From Squalus acanthias (taxonomy: Eukaryota): a stretch of DNA of 64,000 nucleotides. Below the pieces are notes generated by a model. It had not been told where the DNA came from, did not search any database, and worked only from the letters and a program-made list of their open reading frames with translations. The stretch covers positions 163,744,001 through 163,808,000 of the forward strand of contig CM059425.1 of the NCBI GenBank assembly GCA_030390025.1, written 5' to 3'. Made by a program: the position numbers and the translations under genes. Of this stretch, positions 12,463-25,515 are shown piece after piece; the first letter of the stretch is position 1; every line of letters begins with the position of its first letter.

Positions 12463-15400
12463 AAGGCTCAGATTCAAAAACAACATCAAAGAGTGACATC
12501 ACAGGAGAGCAGGTAGGTGATTGGTTGGTGAGTATTACAGCTCTTTTTGCTCCAAGTTAGGGAAGGGGGTTAAATTAAGAGCTGAGAAACTAACTTGCTA
12601 GCACTTATTAAATTAATAACTTAAAGTAGCTAAAATAAGAAAATAAACCTAAAATATTGATTGAATAAAATCTTTAACTAATTAATTAATTAATAAAACA
12701 GGGTTAGAGATGGCAGGGCAGGTGGTGTGTCGTAACTGCAGCACGTGGAAGTCTTTGGGGAGCATCGCAATCCCGAGCAACCATATCTGCAGTAAGCGTC
12801 TGGAACGTGAGGAACTTCGGCTCAGAATTGTTGAGCTGGAGTACGAGCTGCAGACATTGCGATGCATCAGGGAGGGGGAGAGTTACCTGGACACTTTGTT
12901 CCAGGAGGCCGTCACACCCTTTAGGTTTAGTACTTTAGAGTTATTCAGTGGTCTGGGACAGGAGGGTGTGACTGCGAGTCAGGAAGGTATGGGGACCCAG
13001 GATGTAGTGATGGAGGAGCCTCAGCCCTGGACCTTGTCCAACAGGTATGAGGTATTTTCTACCTGTATGGATGAGGAAAAGGACTGCAGGCAGGATGGGC
13101 AAACTGACCACAGCACTGTGGTACAGGGGGCCATCCAAGTGGGGGGGGGGGGGGGGGGGGGGGGCAGGGGAGAGAAGGAAGGAATGTGGTGGTAGTAGTA
13201 GGGGACAGTACAGTCAGGGGGATAGATACTGTTCACTGCAGCCGCGAAAGAGTGTCCCGAAGGCTGTGTTGCCTGCCAGGGTTAAGGATATCTCCTCGCA
13301 GCTGGAGAAGAACTTGGAGTGGGAGGGGGGAGGATTCAGTTGTCATGGTCCATGTAGGAACCAACGACATAGGTAGAATTAACAATGAGGTTCTGCTGAG
13401 GGAATTGGAGGAGCTGGGGTCTAAATTAATAAGCAGAATCACATGGGTAATAATCTCTGGATTACTACCTGAGCCACGCACAAATGGGCATAGGGTCAAG
13501 CAGATCAGGGAGTTAAATGCGTGGCTCAAAGAGTGGTGTGGGAAAATGGGGTTTCAATTCATGGGGCACTGGCACCAGTACTGGGGAAAAGAGGGAGCTG
13601 TTCTGTCGGGACGGGCTCCATTTAGACCAGGCTGGGACCAGCGTCCTGACAAATCAAACTACTAGGGCTGTAGATAGAGCTTTAAATAAAAAGTGGGGGG
13701 TGGAAAAGAGGTCAGGTGAGGGGAAATTTAGAAATCTAAAGAGAATGGTCAAGACAATAGAGCAGTGTAACGATTTGGGTAAAAATAAGCAGAGTGTGAC
13801 AGGAAGGGACAGAGAGTTTAATGGTAGCAGTGCAGCAGAGAATAAGGTCAAAGCAGGGAATAATGGTAAAAAATTTAAATTAAAAGGCTCTTTATCTGAA
13901 TGCATGAAGCATTCGTAACAAGATAGAAGAACTAGTGGCACAAATAGAGATAAATGGGTTTGATCTAATAGCCATTATAGAGACATGGTTGCAAGGTGGC
14001 CAAGGTTGGGAACTAAATGTTCCAGGGTACTTGACGTTTCAAAAAGATAGGCAGAATGGAAAAGGAGGGGGAGTAGCCCTGATAATAAAGGACAACATAT
14101 GGACAGTAGCAAGGAAGGATCTCAGCTCGGAAGATCAGGAAGTAGAATCAGTATGGGTGGAGATAAGGAATAACAAGGTGCAGAAAACACTGGTAGGAGT
14201 AGTATATAGGCCCCCTAACAGTAGCTATACTGTTGGACAGAATATTAATCAAGAAATAGAAGGAGCTTGCAACAAAGGTAATGCAATAATCTTGGGGGAC
14301 TTTAATCTTCATATAGACTGGACAAATCAAATTGGCAAAGGTAGTCTGGAGGACGAGTTCATGGAATGCATTCGGGACAGTTTCCTAGAACAATATGTCA
14401 TGGAACCAACCAGGGAACAGGCTATTTTAGATCTTGTATTGTGTAATGAGACAGGGTTAATTAGCAATCTCATAGTAAAAGATTCTCTGGGGCAGAGTGA
14501 TCATAATATGATAGCATTTCACATTAGTTTGAGAGTGACTTGCCCAAGTCCAAAACTAGAGTCTTACACTTAAATAAAGCCAATTACATAAGTATGAGGG
14601 GCGAGTTGGCTAAGGCAGATTGGAAAAATAGATTAAAAGGTATGGCGGTAGATAAGCAGCAGCTAGTATTTAAAGAAATATTTCATAATTCTCAACAAAA
14701 ATACATTCCATTGAGAAACAAACTCCACGGGAAAAGTGATCCAACCGTGGCTAACTAAAAGAAGTTAAGGATAGCATTAGATTGAAAGAAGCAGCTTATA
14801 ATGTTGCAAAGAATAATAGTAAGCCTGAGGATTGGGAGAGTTTCAGAAACCAGCAAAGGTTGACCAAAAAATTGATAAAAAAGGGGGAAAAATAGAATGA
14901 GAGAAGACTAGTAAGAAATATAAAAGCAGATTGTAAGAGTTTCTACAAGTATGTAAAAAGGAAAAGAGTAGCAAAAGTAAATGTTGGTCCCTTAGAGGCT
15001 GAAACAGGAGAAATTATGGGGAATAAGGAAATGGCAGAAATGTTAAACAAATATTTTGTTTCTATCTTCACAGTAGAAGACACAAAAAGCATACCAAAAA
15101 TGGTGGGGAACCAAAGGTCTAATGAGGGTGAGGAACTTAACATAATTAATATAAGTAGAGAAAAAGTACTAGGGAAACTAATGGGAGTAAAAGCCGACAA
15201 ATCCCCTGGACCTGTGACCTACATCCTAGGGTGCTAAAAGAGGTGGCTGAAGAGATAGTGGATGCATTGGTTTTGATCTTCCAAAATTCCCTAGATTCTG
15301 GAATGATCCCAGCAGATTGGAAGGTCGCAAATGTAACACCGCTATTCAAGAAAGGAGGGAGTGAAAAAAACAGGGAACTACAGGCCAGAAAGCCTGACCC

Positions 15401-16260
15401 AGTTGTTGGGAAAATGCTGGAATCCATTGTTAAGGAAATGGTATCAAGTCACTTAGAAAATTATAACATGATTAGGCAGAGTCAACATGGTTTTATGAAA
15501 GGGAAATTGTGTTTAACAAATTTATTAGAGTTTTTTTGATATAACTAGCAGGGTAGATAAAGGGGAACCAGTGGATGTAGTATATTTGGATTTCCAAAAG
15601 ATTCGATAAGGTGCCACATAAAAGGTTATTACACAAGATTAGGGCTCATGGGGTTGGGGGTAATATAGTAGCATGGATAGAGGATTGGTTAACGGACAGA
15701 AAACAGAGAGTAGGGATAAACGGATCTTTTTCAGGTTGGAAGGCTGCAACTAGTGGGGTGCCGCAAGGATCAGTGTTGGGGCCTCAATTATTTACAATCT
15801 ATATTAATGACCTAGATGAAAGGACCGAGTGTAATGTATCCAAGTCTGCTGATGATAGAAAGCTAGGTGGGACAGTAAGCTGTGAGGAGAACACAGTCTG
15901 CAAAGGGATATAGATAGACTAAGTGAGTAGGCAGTAAGATGTCAGATGGAGTATAATGTAGGGAAATGTGAGGTTATTCACTTTGGTAGGAAAAATAGAA
16001 AAACAGAATATTTTTTAAATGGTGAGAAACTTTCAAATGTTGGTGTTGAGAGATTTGGGTGTTCTCGTGCAAGAAACATAGAAAGCTAGCATGCAGGTAC
16101 AGCAAGCAATAAGGAAGGCAAATGGCATGTTGGCCTTTATTGCAAGGGGGTTGGAGTAGAAGAGTAAGGAAGTCTTGCTACAATTGTACAGGGTCTTGGT
16201 GAGACCACACCTGGAGTACTGTGCACAGTCTTGGTCTCCTTATCTAAGGAAGGATATACT

Positions 16261-16755
16261 AGCATCTTTCGATTAGGCATTTTACAGCCCTCTGGACTCA
16301 ACATAGAGTTCAACAATTTCAGATCATAACCTCGACCCCCATCATATTTTTTATCCACACTTTGTTTGTGGTTTTTGTTCTTCTCTCCCACATGGCAGCT
16401 GTCTTTCATTCTGCCAGCGCAATTCACACTTCATCTAGAGCCATCCTTTGTTTCTTAACCTGTCCCATTACCATCTCCTTTTGCCTTGAATATCTCTTAA
16501 TGCCTCTTTAATTCTCCTGCCTTTTATCCTATCACAGACCTTCCCTTTTGTTTTTTCATCCCCTCCATTTCCCAGCCCCTAAACTTGCTTTAAAATCTGT
16601 TCCATTTCCTGCTTTTTTCCAGTTCTGACGAAAGGTCATCAACCTGAAACGTTAACTCTGTTTCTCTTCACAGATGCTGCCTGACCTGCTTAGTGTCTCC
16701 AGCATTTTCTGTTTTTATTTCAGATTTCCAGCATCTGCAGTATTTTCTTTTTGTT
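16261..16755 (+). mobile_element. Penelope-like 3' fragment plus hammerhead terminal repeat inserted in the CR1 RT
   Basis: Similar to 8115-8540 (LQPSGLNIEFNNFRS* then tail). CR1 breaks at AAGGATATACT and resumes at TTCACTAGATTGATT. Confidence 0.88.
16621..16657 (+). ncRNA. Minimal type I hammerhead ribozyme
   Basis: AGTT CTGACGA AAGGTC ATC AACCT GAAAC GTT AACT: intact core; stem I AGUU/AACU. Confidence 0.7.
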
Positions 16756-17857
16756 TTCACTAGATTGATTCCTGGGATGAGAGGGCTGTCCTATGATGAG
16801 AGATTGTGTAGCATGGGCCTATACTTTCTGGAGTTTAGAAGAATGAGAGGTGATCTCATTGAAACATACAAGATTCTGAAGGGGATTGACAAGGTAGATG
16901 CGGAGAGGTTTTTTCCCCTGGCTGGAGTGTCTAGAACTAGGGGGCATAGTCTCAGGATAAGGGGTAGGCCATTTAAGACTGATGAGGAATTTCTTCACTC
17001 AGAGGGTTGTGAATCTTTGGAATTCTCTGCCCCAGAGGGCTGTGCATGCTGAGTCTTTGAGTATATTCAAGGCTGAGATAGATAGATTTTTAGACTCTAG
17101 GGGAATCAAGGGATATGGAGATCGGGCGGGAAAGTGGAGTTGAGGTCAATGATCAGCCATGATCTTATTGAATGGCGGAGCAGGCTCGAGGGGCCTTATG
17201 GCCTACTCCTGCTCTTATTTCTTATGTCCTTATGTAAACTTCAACTCATCGAAACCTCTGCTGCCCGTATCCCATCCCACATCAATGCACTCCTGCTACA
17301 CTTTTCTATTACACCACCTCAGCTTTCTGAATTAAACTACATTGAGTCTACAGTGCAAATACAACTGTGTGGAGAATTCACATTTCACTTAACATTGAAA
17401 TGATTTCTATCCAGAACTTGATTCAAACATGGTTTCTAGGTATTCAACCCACTTTGTTACCATGCCGCCTAATATCACATCCTATCATTACAGACAGTAT
17501 CTTGGTAAATAAATATCTTGTGACACACTGAAGGTTTAAATGATACTTAGTTCCAAGCCAACTTTCACATCCCTTCCCAAGGAGCAGACAAACATGAAGA
17601 ACTACACAATGAAATGATATTCCAAACATAAACTGCTCATTAAATACATACCATATTGCTGTGCAAAATTTATACTCAACTGCTGTGCAATAAGGAATGT
17701 GCACTTTAGAATCGCAAAGTATGTGCAGGTGTCTGCAGTATTGACAAAGCAGCACAACTAGTGAAACACAAATACAATGTTAACTTGATTTACAGAAAAC
17801 AAGACTACACTTCAAATAAAATCAGATTTCATGCATTTATCTCTACACATGCAACAT

Positions 17858-19793
17858 TGGGAGGGCTTTAGAAAGCAAAGGATAACCAAAAAATTGATTA
17901 AAGGGGAAAAAACAGAAAATAAATATATTATATATTTTCTGTTTTCTCCCCTTTAATCAATTATATATAGATAGAAGCACCCCCTGTACCTCTTCCTCCA
18001 TCTCATTCTCTACATCTCCATCTCCATGTAAAAAGGAAGAGTAGCAAAAGTGTTGGTCCCTTAGAGGCTGAGACAGGAGAAATTATTATGGGGAATAAGG
18101 AACTGGCAGAGACTTTAAACAAATATTTTGTATCTGTCTTCACAGTAGAGGACACAAAATGCATACCGAAAATAGTGGGAAACCAATGGGGCTAATAAGA
18201 GTGAGGAACTTAAAGTAATTATCAGTAGAGAAAAAGTACTTGAGAAACTAATGGGACTAAAAGCCAACAAATCCCCTGGACCTGACGGCCTACATCCTAG
18301 GGTTCTAAAAGAGGTGGCAACAGAGATAGTGGATGCATTGGTTGTGAGCTTCCAAAATTCCCTAGATTCTAGAACAGTCCCAGCAGATTGGAAGGTAGAA
18401 AATGTAACCCCACTATTCAAGAAAGGAGGGAGAGAAAAAACAGGGATCTACAGGCCAGTTAGCCTGACATCAGTTGTCAGGAAAATGCTGGAATCCATTA
18501 AGGAAGTGGTAACAGGGCACTTAGAAAATCATATGATTAGGCAGAGTCAACATGGTTTTATGAAAGGGAAATTGTGTTTAAAAAATTGACTTTTTTGTGC
18601 ATGTAACTAGCAGGGTGGGTAAAGGGGTACCAGTGGATGTGGTATATTTTGATTTCCAAAAGGTATTCGATAAGGTGCCACATAAAAGGTTGCTACTCAA
18701 GATAAGGGCTCATGGGGTTGGGGGCAATATATTAGCATGGATAGAGGATTGGTTAACTGACAGAAAAAAAAAGAGTAGGGATAAATGGGTCATTTTCCAG
18801 TTGGCAGGCTGTAACTAGTGGGGGTGCCGCAAGAATCAGTGCTTGGGCCTCAGCTTATACAATCTATATTAATGACTTAGATGAAGGGACTGAGTGCAAT
18901 GCATCCAAATTTGCTGACAGTACAAAGCTAGGTGGGAAAGTAAGCTGTGAGGAGAACACAGTCTGCAAAGGGATATAGACAGGTTAAGTGAGTGGGCATA
19001 AGGTGGCAGATGGAGTATAATGTGGGGAAATGTGAGGTTATTCACTTTGGTAGGAAGAATAGAACAACAGAATATTTTTAAATAGTGAGAAACTATTAAA
19101 TGTTGGTGATCAGAGAGATTTGGGTATCCTCGTACAGAAAACAAAGTTAGCATGCAGGTTACAGCAAGCGGCATGTTGGCCTTTATTGCTAGGGGGTTGG
19201 AGAACAAGAGTAAGGAAGTCTTACTACAATTGTACAGGGCTTTGGGGAGACCCCACTTGGTGTACTGTGCACAGTTTTGGTCTCCTTATCTGAGGAAGGA
19301 CATACATGCCTTAGGAGGTGGTGCAACGAAGGTTCACTAGATTGATCCCTGGGATGAAAGGGTTGTCCTATGAGGAGAGATTGAGCCTATATTCTTTGGA
19401 GTTTAGAAGAATGAGAGGTGATCTCATTGAAACAGAAGAGATTCTGAGGGGGATTGACAGGGTAGATGTGGAGAGGTTGTTTCCTCTAGCTGCAGAGTCT
19501 AGAACTAGGGGGCATAGTCTCAGGATAAGGGGTAGGCCATTTAAGACTGAGATGAGGAGGAATTTCTTCACTCAGAGGGTTGTGAATCTTTGGAACTTGC
19601 TACCCCCAAGGGCTGTGGATGCTGAGTCGTTGAGTATATTCAAGGCTGAGAGATACATTTTTGGAATCAAGGGATATGGGGATCGAGCAGGAAAGTGGAG
19701 TTGGGGTCGATGATCAGCCATGATCTTATTGAATGGCGGAGCAGGCTCGAGGGGCTGTATGGCCTACTCCTGCTCCTAATTTTTATGCTCTTA
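17858..19793 (+). mobile_element. 5'-truncated CR1 LINE (copy B)
   Basis: [31 protein letters not shown] and RRNFFTQRVVNLWN; CR1 3' end at ~19740-19793. Confidence 0.92.
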
Positions 19794-20759
19794 GGTTCCA
19801 ACACGTTACTTTTAATAAAGACGCGATATAAATACAAGTTGCTGTTAACGTAGTAAAACATCCCAAGGCGTTTCACAGGAGTATCAATGCGTTGTAAAGG
19901 ATCATCTATATACAGTACATTTAGCAAATAGAACTTGGCTCACCAAGGTTAACAAGATACCATTGACATTTAAATTCAATGTTTTAAAACTCATTACAAA
20001 CTCATTAACTTTTAGAAAGTTATTGACAAAGGGAGGAATGTCAGTCACAGAAATCTTTCCACACCTGCAGGGTAATTTCTACATTTCAAGATTCGAGCTG
20101 TGAAGGTGAGTATTAAAATGGTGAATTCACACTACAAGTTTTGCATTGTGTAAAGCGATTTCAGCTTCACATCAATGCTAAATTTAAGAGAGTGTAAACT
20201 GGGTGTTGAGGCCTGAATTGACTGAAGTGAACCAGATGAGATTACATCCTCCAGAGAGACCCACTCCTCTTTATTCCAGTGTCAGGTGGGGCCCGACTCC
20301 AGACTCAGGCTGCAGTGTCAGTGCAAAGCAAAACTAAACCACTTTAACAATGCTACAGTTATATTATGGATGTACCCCAATTTAACCAGAGTTTAAGAAA
20401 ACTATGCTAGTTTCCACACCTGAAAAAGTGTTTTGGATTTTAAGGCTAAACCTAGATTCAAGGACATAAACCTAGAGTTGCCAGCAAGGGCTAAATGGTC
20501 ACTTTCCAATAGAAAATTTTAAAAGTTCGTATCACATTATTCTAGGACACTATTTAGTAGGGAGCTAAAGCTTAGCTCCATATAAACAACATGGTAGCTA
20601 TTGCTAGGGTTTATTAAATAAATCAGTTTTTAAACCAACTTCCACTGATCAATTCCCAGGATTTATTTATTTAATTTATTTTTTAAAGTGGTGACCAATT
20701 TGTTCCCGATTTGAGCAAAAAAAAACTCCCGAAATGTTCTATTATATTATCAAAAATCA

Positions 20760-21228
20760 GTCTAGCGATGTACAGAGTGATACCCAGACTCCATTGGTTA
20801 AGTGCTGAGGAGAGATTACACAAATTAGGGTTGTATTCCCTAGAATTTTGAAAATTAAGGGGTGATCTGATCGAAGTTTTCAAGATATTAAGGGGAACAG
20901 ATAGGGTAGATAGAGAGAAACTATTTCCACCGGTTGGGGGTTCTAGGACTAGGGGGCATAGTCTAAAAATTAGAGCCAGAACTTTCAGGAGTGAAATTAG
21001 GAAACACTTCTACACACAAAGGGTGGTAGAAGTTTGGAATTATCTTCCGTAAACAGCAATTGATGCAAGATCAGTTGTTAATTTTAAATCTGAGATTGAT
21101 AGCTTTTTGTTAACCAAAGGTATTAGGGGATATGGGCCAAAGGCGGGCATATGGAGTTAGGTCGCAGATCAACCATGATCTCATTGAATGGCGGAACAGG
21201 CTCAAGGGCCTGCTCCTGTTCCTATGTT
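20760..21228 (+). mobile_element. Short CR1 3' fragment
   Basis: RT C-terminus and 3'UTR (GATCAACCATGATCTCATTGAATGGCGG..CTCCTGTTCCTATGTTCC). Confidence 0.85.
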
Positions 21229-21400
21229 CCACTGCATGCTCTACATGCAGTACTGATAAAGATGTGATGCACATGCATCTGATTCTCACTTTCAAATTCA
21301 GATTTCAGTTATGTTAATTATGAGAAAACAGTGCAAGTGATAAAGACAACTGTAACAAGAACTTTTTAATCAAGCCAAAAAAAGCCCGATCAAACACCAA

Positions 21401-21937
21401 GGGGGAGAAATTCAGTATCGCCCCGTTTGGGGCGCAATTATCGGCCGGGCGCAAAGTTTAGTGCCTGGCGCTAATTATCGCCTCTGACTGCAAACTTGGC
21501 TTCTAGCGCCCCTGGAGGTGACTGGAGCGCTAAACACCTCTTTTAAGGCGCTAACGCTGAAGAGAGGCGCTACCTCAGAGCGCTGGCGAAGCTCATGTGG
21601 TATCAGTTAGCAATGGAACACAGACACACTGGCGCCGGCCAGTTCTTAAAGGGGAGGGTCGATCTTGCTCTCCAGCCACACCCTGTTCATTGCAGCCTGG
21701 AGACCTGTACGGGGGCACCACTTAATATCCGGTCCGGGGCGCTACACACTCAACTGAGGTCACAATCTGCGGGTGCAGGAGATCGTGGCGGTAGTGTTTA
21801 GCGCCACCGCAAAATGTCTGGTCAATTTCTCGAGCGGCGCAAACATCGCCACACCCGGGCGCTAGTTGCTTTGCACCCCCATTAGCGCCTTCTTAGGGCG
21901 CCAACGGGAGACGCAAAGCAACCGAATTTTCCCCCCC
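21401..21937. mobile_element. Harbinger-type MITE (537 bp)
   Basis: TIR GGGGGAGAAATTC / GAATTTTCCCCC, TSD CAA. Internally deleted relative of 59098-59990 in opposite orientation. Confidence 0.85.
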
Positions 21938-22024
21938 CAAGCTTTGGAAAGGGTGGGAGGAAATTTCACAATACATTTTCAAACTTCTATTTTGACATGC
22001 TCAGTACACAGCAAAATGCCAAGT

Positions 22025-23066
22025 TACCCTGGTGTCCCCCAAGGATCTATCCTTGGCCCGCTCCCATTTCTCATCTATATGCTGCCCCTTGGTGACCATC
22101 TGAAAACACGGCGTCAGTTTCCACATGTATGCTGATGACACCCAGCTCTATCTTACTACCACTTCTCTCGACCCCTCCAGAGTCTTTAAATTGACACACT
22201 GCTTGTCAGACATCCAGTAATGGATGAGCAAAAATGTTCTCCAATTAAATATTGGGAAGACCGAAGCCAGTGTCTTTGGGCCCCGCCACAAACTCCATTC
22301 CCTTGCCACCGACTCCATCCCTCTCCCTAGCATCTGTGAGGCTGAACCAGACTGTTTGCAACCTTGGTGTCATATTTGACCCTGAAATGAGCTTCCGACC
22401 ACATATCCATGCCATAACTAAGACCGCCTATTTCCACCTCCGTAACATTGCCCGTCTCTGCCCCTGCCTCAGTTCATCTGCTGCTGAAACCCTCATCCAT
22501 GCCTTTGTTACCTCTAGACTTGACTATTCCAACACACTCCTGGCTGGCCTCCCACATTCTACCCTATGTAAACTTGGTCATCCTAACTCGCACCAAGTTC
22601 CGTTCACCCATCACCCCTGGGCTCGCTGATCTACATTGGCTCCCGGTTAAGCAACGCCTCAATTTCAAAATTCTCATCCTTGTTTTCAAATCCCTCCATG
22701 GCCTCACCCCTCCCTATCTCTAATCGCCTTCAACCCCACAACACCCCCCATCATCACCCCGAGATGTCTGCGCTCCTCAAATTCTGCCCTCTTGAGCATC
22801 TCTGATTATAAATCGCTCAACCATCGGTGGCCGTGCCTTCAGCTGCCTAGGCCCCAAGCTCTGGAACTCCCTCCCTAAACCTCTCTACCTTGCTTTCCTC
22901 CTTTAAGACGCTCCTTAAAGCCCATCTCTGACCAAGCTTTTTGTCATTTGCCCTAATTTCTTATATGGCTCGGTGTCAATTTTTTGTCTTTATAATACTC
23001 CTGTGAAGCGCCTTGGGACGTTTTACTACATTAAAGATGCTATATAAATACAAGTAGTTGTTGTTG
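22025..23066 (+). mobile_element. L2-clade LINE 3' part
   Basis: GVPQGSILGP, YADDTQLY and AFVTSRLDYSN; ends in a (GTT)n tail. Confidence 0.9.
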
Positions 23067-23152
23067 CATTTGCAGCTAAAGTCGGTAACAAACTTCGACT
23101 GGAAGTGACATACTTCCAAATAAGTATGCATTTTTAAAGATTTTTAAAAATG

Positions 23153-23252
23153 CGTTCTGACGAAGGGTCATCGACCTGAAACGTTAACTCTGTTTCTCTC
23201 CCCACAGATGCTGCCTGACCTGCTGAGTATTTCCAGCATTTTCTGTTTTTAT
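23153..23252 (+). mobile_element. Solo Penelope terminal-repeat unit with hammerhead (core 23154-23189)
   Basis: GTT CTGACGA AGGGTC ATC GACCT GAAAC GTT AAC; TGCATTTTTAAAGA present on both sides. Confidence 0.8.
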
Positions 23253-23719
23253 TGCATTTTTAAAGACTTGGCTAAATTGGCTGCCACCTTTAAATATCAA
23301 TTACTTGCTATGGAGTCATACCAGTTGGGATACAAGCATTACATCCCAAAAATCAGGCAAATATGAACCCGTTCCAAATTAAGGATCTCGTTATATTAAG
23401 TCTCTTCATTTGCATATATATTTGCTGCAATGTCAACTGCAAGGAAAACTTCCCATTTCTCAATATAGATTTTAAACTGGGTCAAATAGAACTGGTGCAG
23501 ACCACTTACTTTAAACCTAGTTCTCATTTCTGCACTAATTTGGAAGCACCTACACATATCTGTAACTTCATATTATTAGTCAGAGATTCATAGAATAGAA
23601 TCATTGAATGCTAAGCAAAGAAACAGACCCTATGGCCCACCTAATTTTGACACTTTTTTCATTTCTTGTGGGATGGAAGGTGGGTGGGTGGGATGGAAGG
23701 TGGGTGGGTAAGGCAGCCA

Positions 23720-24255
23720 GGATTGATCTCCACTAAGCTTTGCTGGAAGTGTTGTACAGTTGCTGGGCGACAACAAAATCAGGCTTGTCCACAATGACCT
23801 GCACGGTCACTGTGTAACCTCACATGAAGAATGGCCACATGAATGGGATAATGAAATTGTAGTCCTGCAGAAGTTAACATCTTTAGCAAAAAGGAGAGAA
23901 GATTGTGGGTACTTGTCTTTGCAGCCAATTTCTCTGCTGAAGGTGTGGTTGAACAGACACCAGACACACTCCAGGATCTTGCCCAAGCAGCCATTATTAG
24001 CAAGAGTGTCTGCATAGGGGAGATTAGTAGGTTATTTAAGCATAGGACATCACAGTCAAGCTCAATTCGGTCTTCACCAGGATATTCAAAGCAGGGGTGC
24101 AGGATACCAACTAGAAGTGGGAACCTTAATGATTTCTCCTCCCATAGGGCACCAAGGCCAAATATGCACCTCCTATTAATGCATCAGCAGAGATCAGCTA
24201 ACTCAGCAGACTATGATTGAACCTGGGATGTTCCTGGTCTGTATGGCTCAACAAC
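23720..24255 (-). mobile_element. Decayed tRNA-headed SINE
   Basis: Head GATTGAACCTGGGA..CTGTATGGCTCA shared with 2010-2075. Left boundary uncertain. Confidence 0.4.
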
Positions 24256-25083
24256 ACTAGAAAATTAGAGAATAATGCAGATAGAAGTGGAAAGAAAACT
24301 AGAAATTAAGTACAATCACTAAATAAAAACATGTTTGTAAATTGCCTGATGAAGACTAATGCTCAAATTTAAGCACAACTGTGATTTTTTTTTAGAAAAA
24401 GTTAGTGCTCAACTAGCTCACCACAAATACCAAAGCATTTAAGAAAAAGAATAACTCACAGATCAACTTGCTCTACACAAGCACAGATGGCACCAACTAG
24501 CATTGAAAGTTTGGGGGGGGGGGGGGGGGGGGGGCAAGTCTACAATCCCTGTCCATTCTTTCAATAGCCAAGATTAATGAAGGAAGGGGGTTAAAACATA
24601 CTAAATCTCAAATGGATATAAATACTGTTTGAAAACTTTAGTCACAGATAAGTAAACTTTTTTTGTACATGGATTCTGCTAGGAAATTTGCTGTTATATA
24701 TTTAACAATGCATAGTTTTCTCCGTACTTTTACTACCAGGTTTTAAGAATCAAGTCTTATTGGAGCACCTTATAAATAAATCTGCAAATTACTGTAGCTG
24801 TCAATAGAGTTGACCTACAGGGAACTGAATAGCTACTGCTGCAGTACTTTTATACCCACAGCATACTCAGATCAAGTTTGCTGACACAGCAGAAAGAGAC
24901 AGAGCACAACTCCCTTCCCCACACACAAACCCATGAGGCCACCACACATGTAGCTGTAATATTCATGATAAGAAACAGCTGTTGAATTTCAAATATATAC
25001 CTGTAGCTGTTAATAGTGTTTGTTAGTCTATTACAAAACTATAATCTGCAAGTTCTTTCTCGCCGCATCTCAAAAAGGTCTCG

Positions 25084-25515
25084 TAGGAACAGGAGGATGC
25101 CATTTATCCCCTCGAGCTTGTTCCACCATTCAATAAGATCATGGCTGATCTGTGACCTAACTCCATATACCCACCTTTGCCCCATATCCCTCAATACCTT
25201 TGGTTAACAAGAGTCTACCAATCTCAGATTTAAAGTTAACTGACCCAGCATCAATTGACATTTGCAGAGGAGTTCCAAACTTCTACCACCCTTTGCATGT
25301 AGAAGTGTTTCCTAATTTGATCACTGAAAGGTCTGGCACTAAATTTTAGGTTATGTCTCCTAGTCCTAGACTCCCTAACCAGCAGAAATAGTTTTTCTCT
25401 ACCTACCCTCAGTTCCCCTTAATATCTTGAAAACTTCGATCAAATCACCCCTTAATTCCAGGGAATACAACCCTAGTTTATATCATCTCTCCTCGTAATT
25501 TTACCCTTTGAGTCT
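25084..25515 (-). mobile_element. Short CR1 3' fragment
   Basis: Reverse complement of the subfamily at 20760-21228. Confidence 0.85.

Larger units (their letters stand above)
12275..17233 (+). mobile_element. Full-length decayed CR1 LINE (copy A), interrupted by a Penelope fragment
   Basis: 5' tandem monomers; ORF1 with CxxC..CxK motif, coiled coil and SGNH esterase (VVGDS, HVGTND) at 12710-13690; APE (GVVYRPPN, ILGDFN, SDHN) at ~13890-14530; RT to ~17100; CR1 3' stem-loop and TTATG tail. Confidence 0.95.

Noticed and set aside
11774..12502. 242-aa ORF with N-terminal repeats as a novel protein
   Set aside because: Chance fusion of antisense CR1 monomers with an adjacent LINE RT fragment.
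13140..13200. Frame change at the G-run inside CR1 ORF1 (copies A and H) as programmed frameshifting
   Set aside because: The shift direction differs between A and H, and copy I is continuous across this point. Homopolymer slippage or sequencing error is simpler.
23668..24535. 20-bp G-rich tandem duplication (~23669-23709) and poly-G run (~24513-24534) as functional G-quadruplexes
   Set aside because: Simple slippage products with no supporting context.
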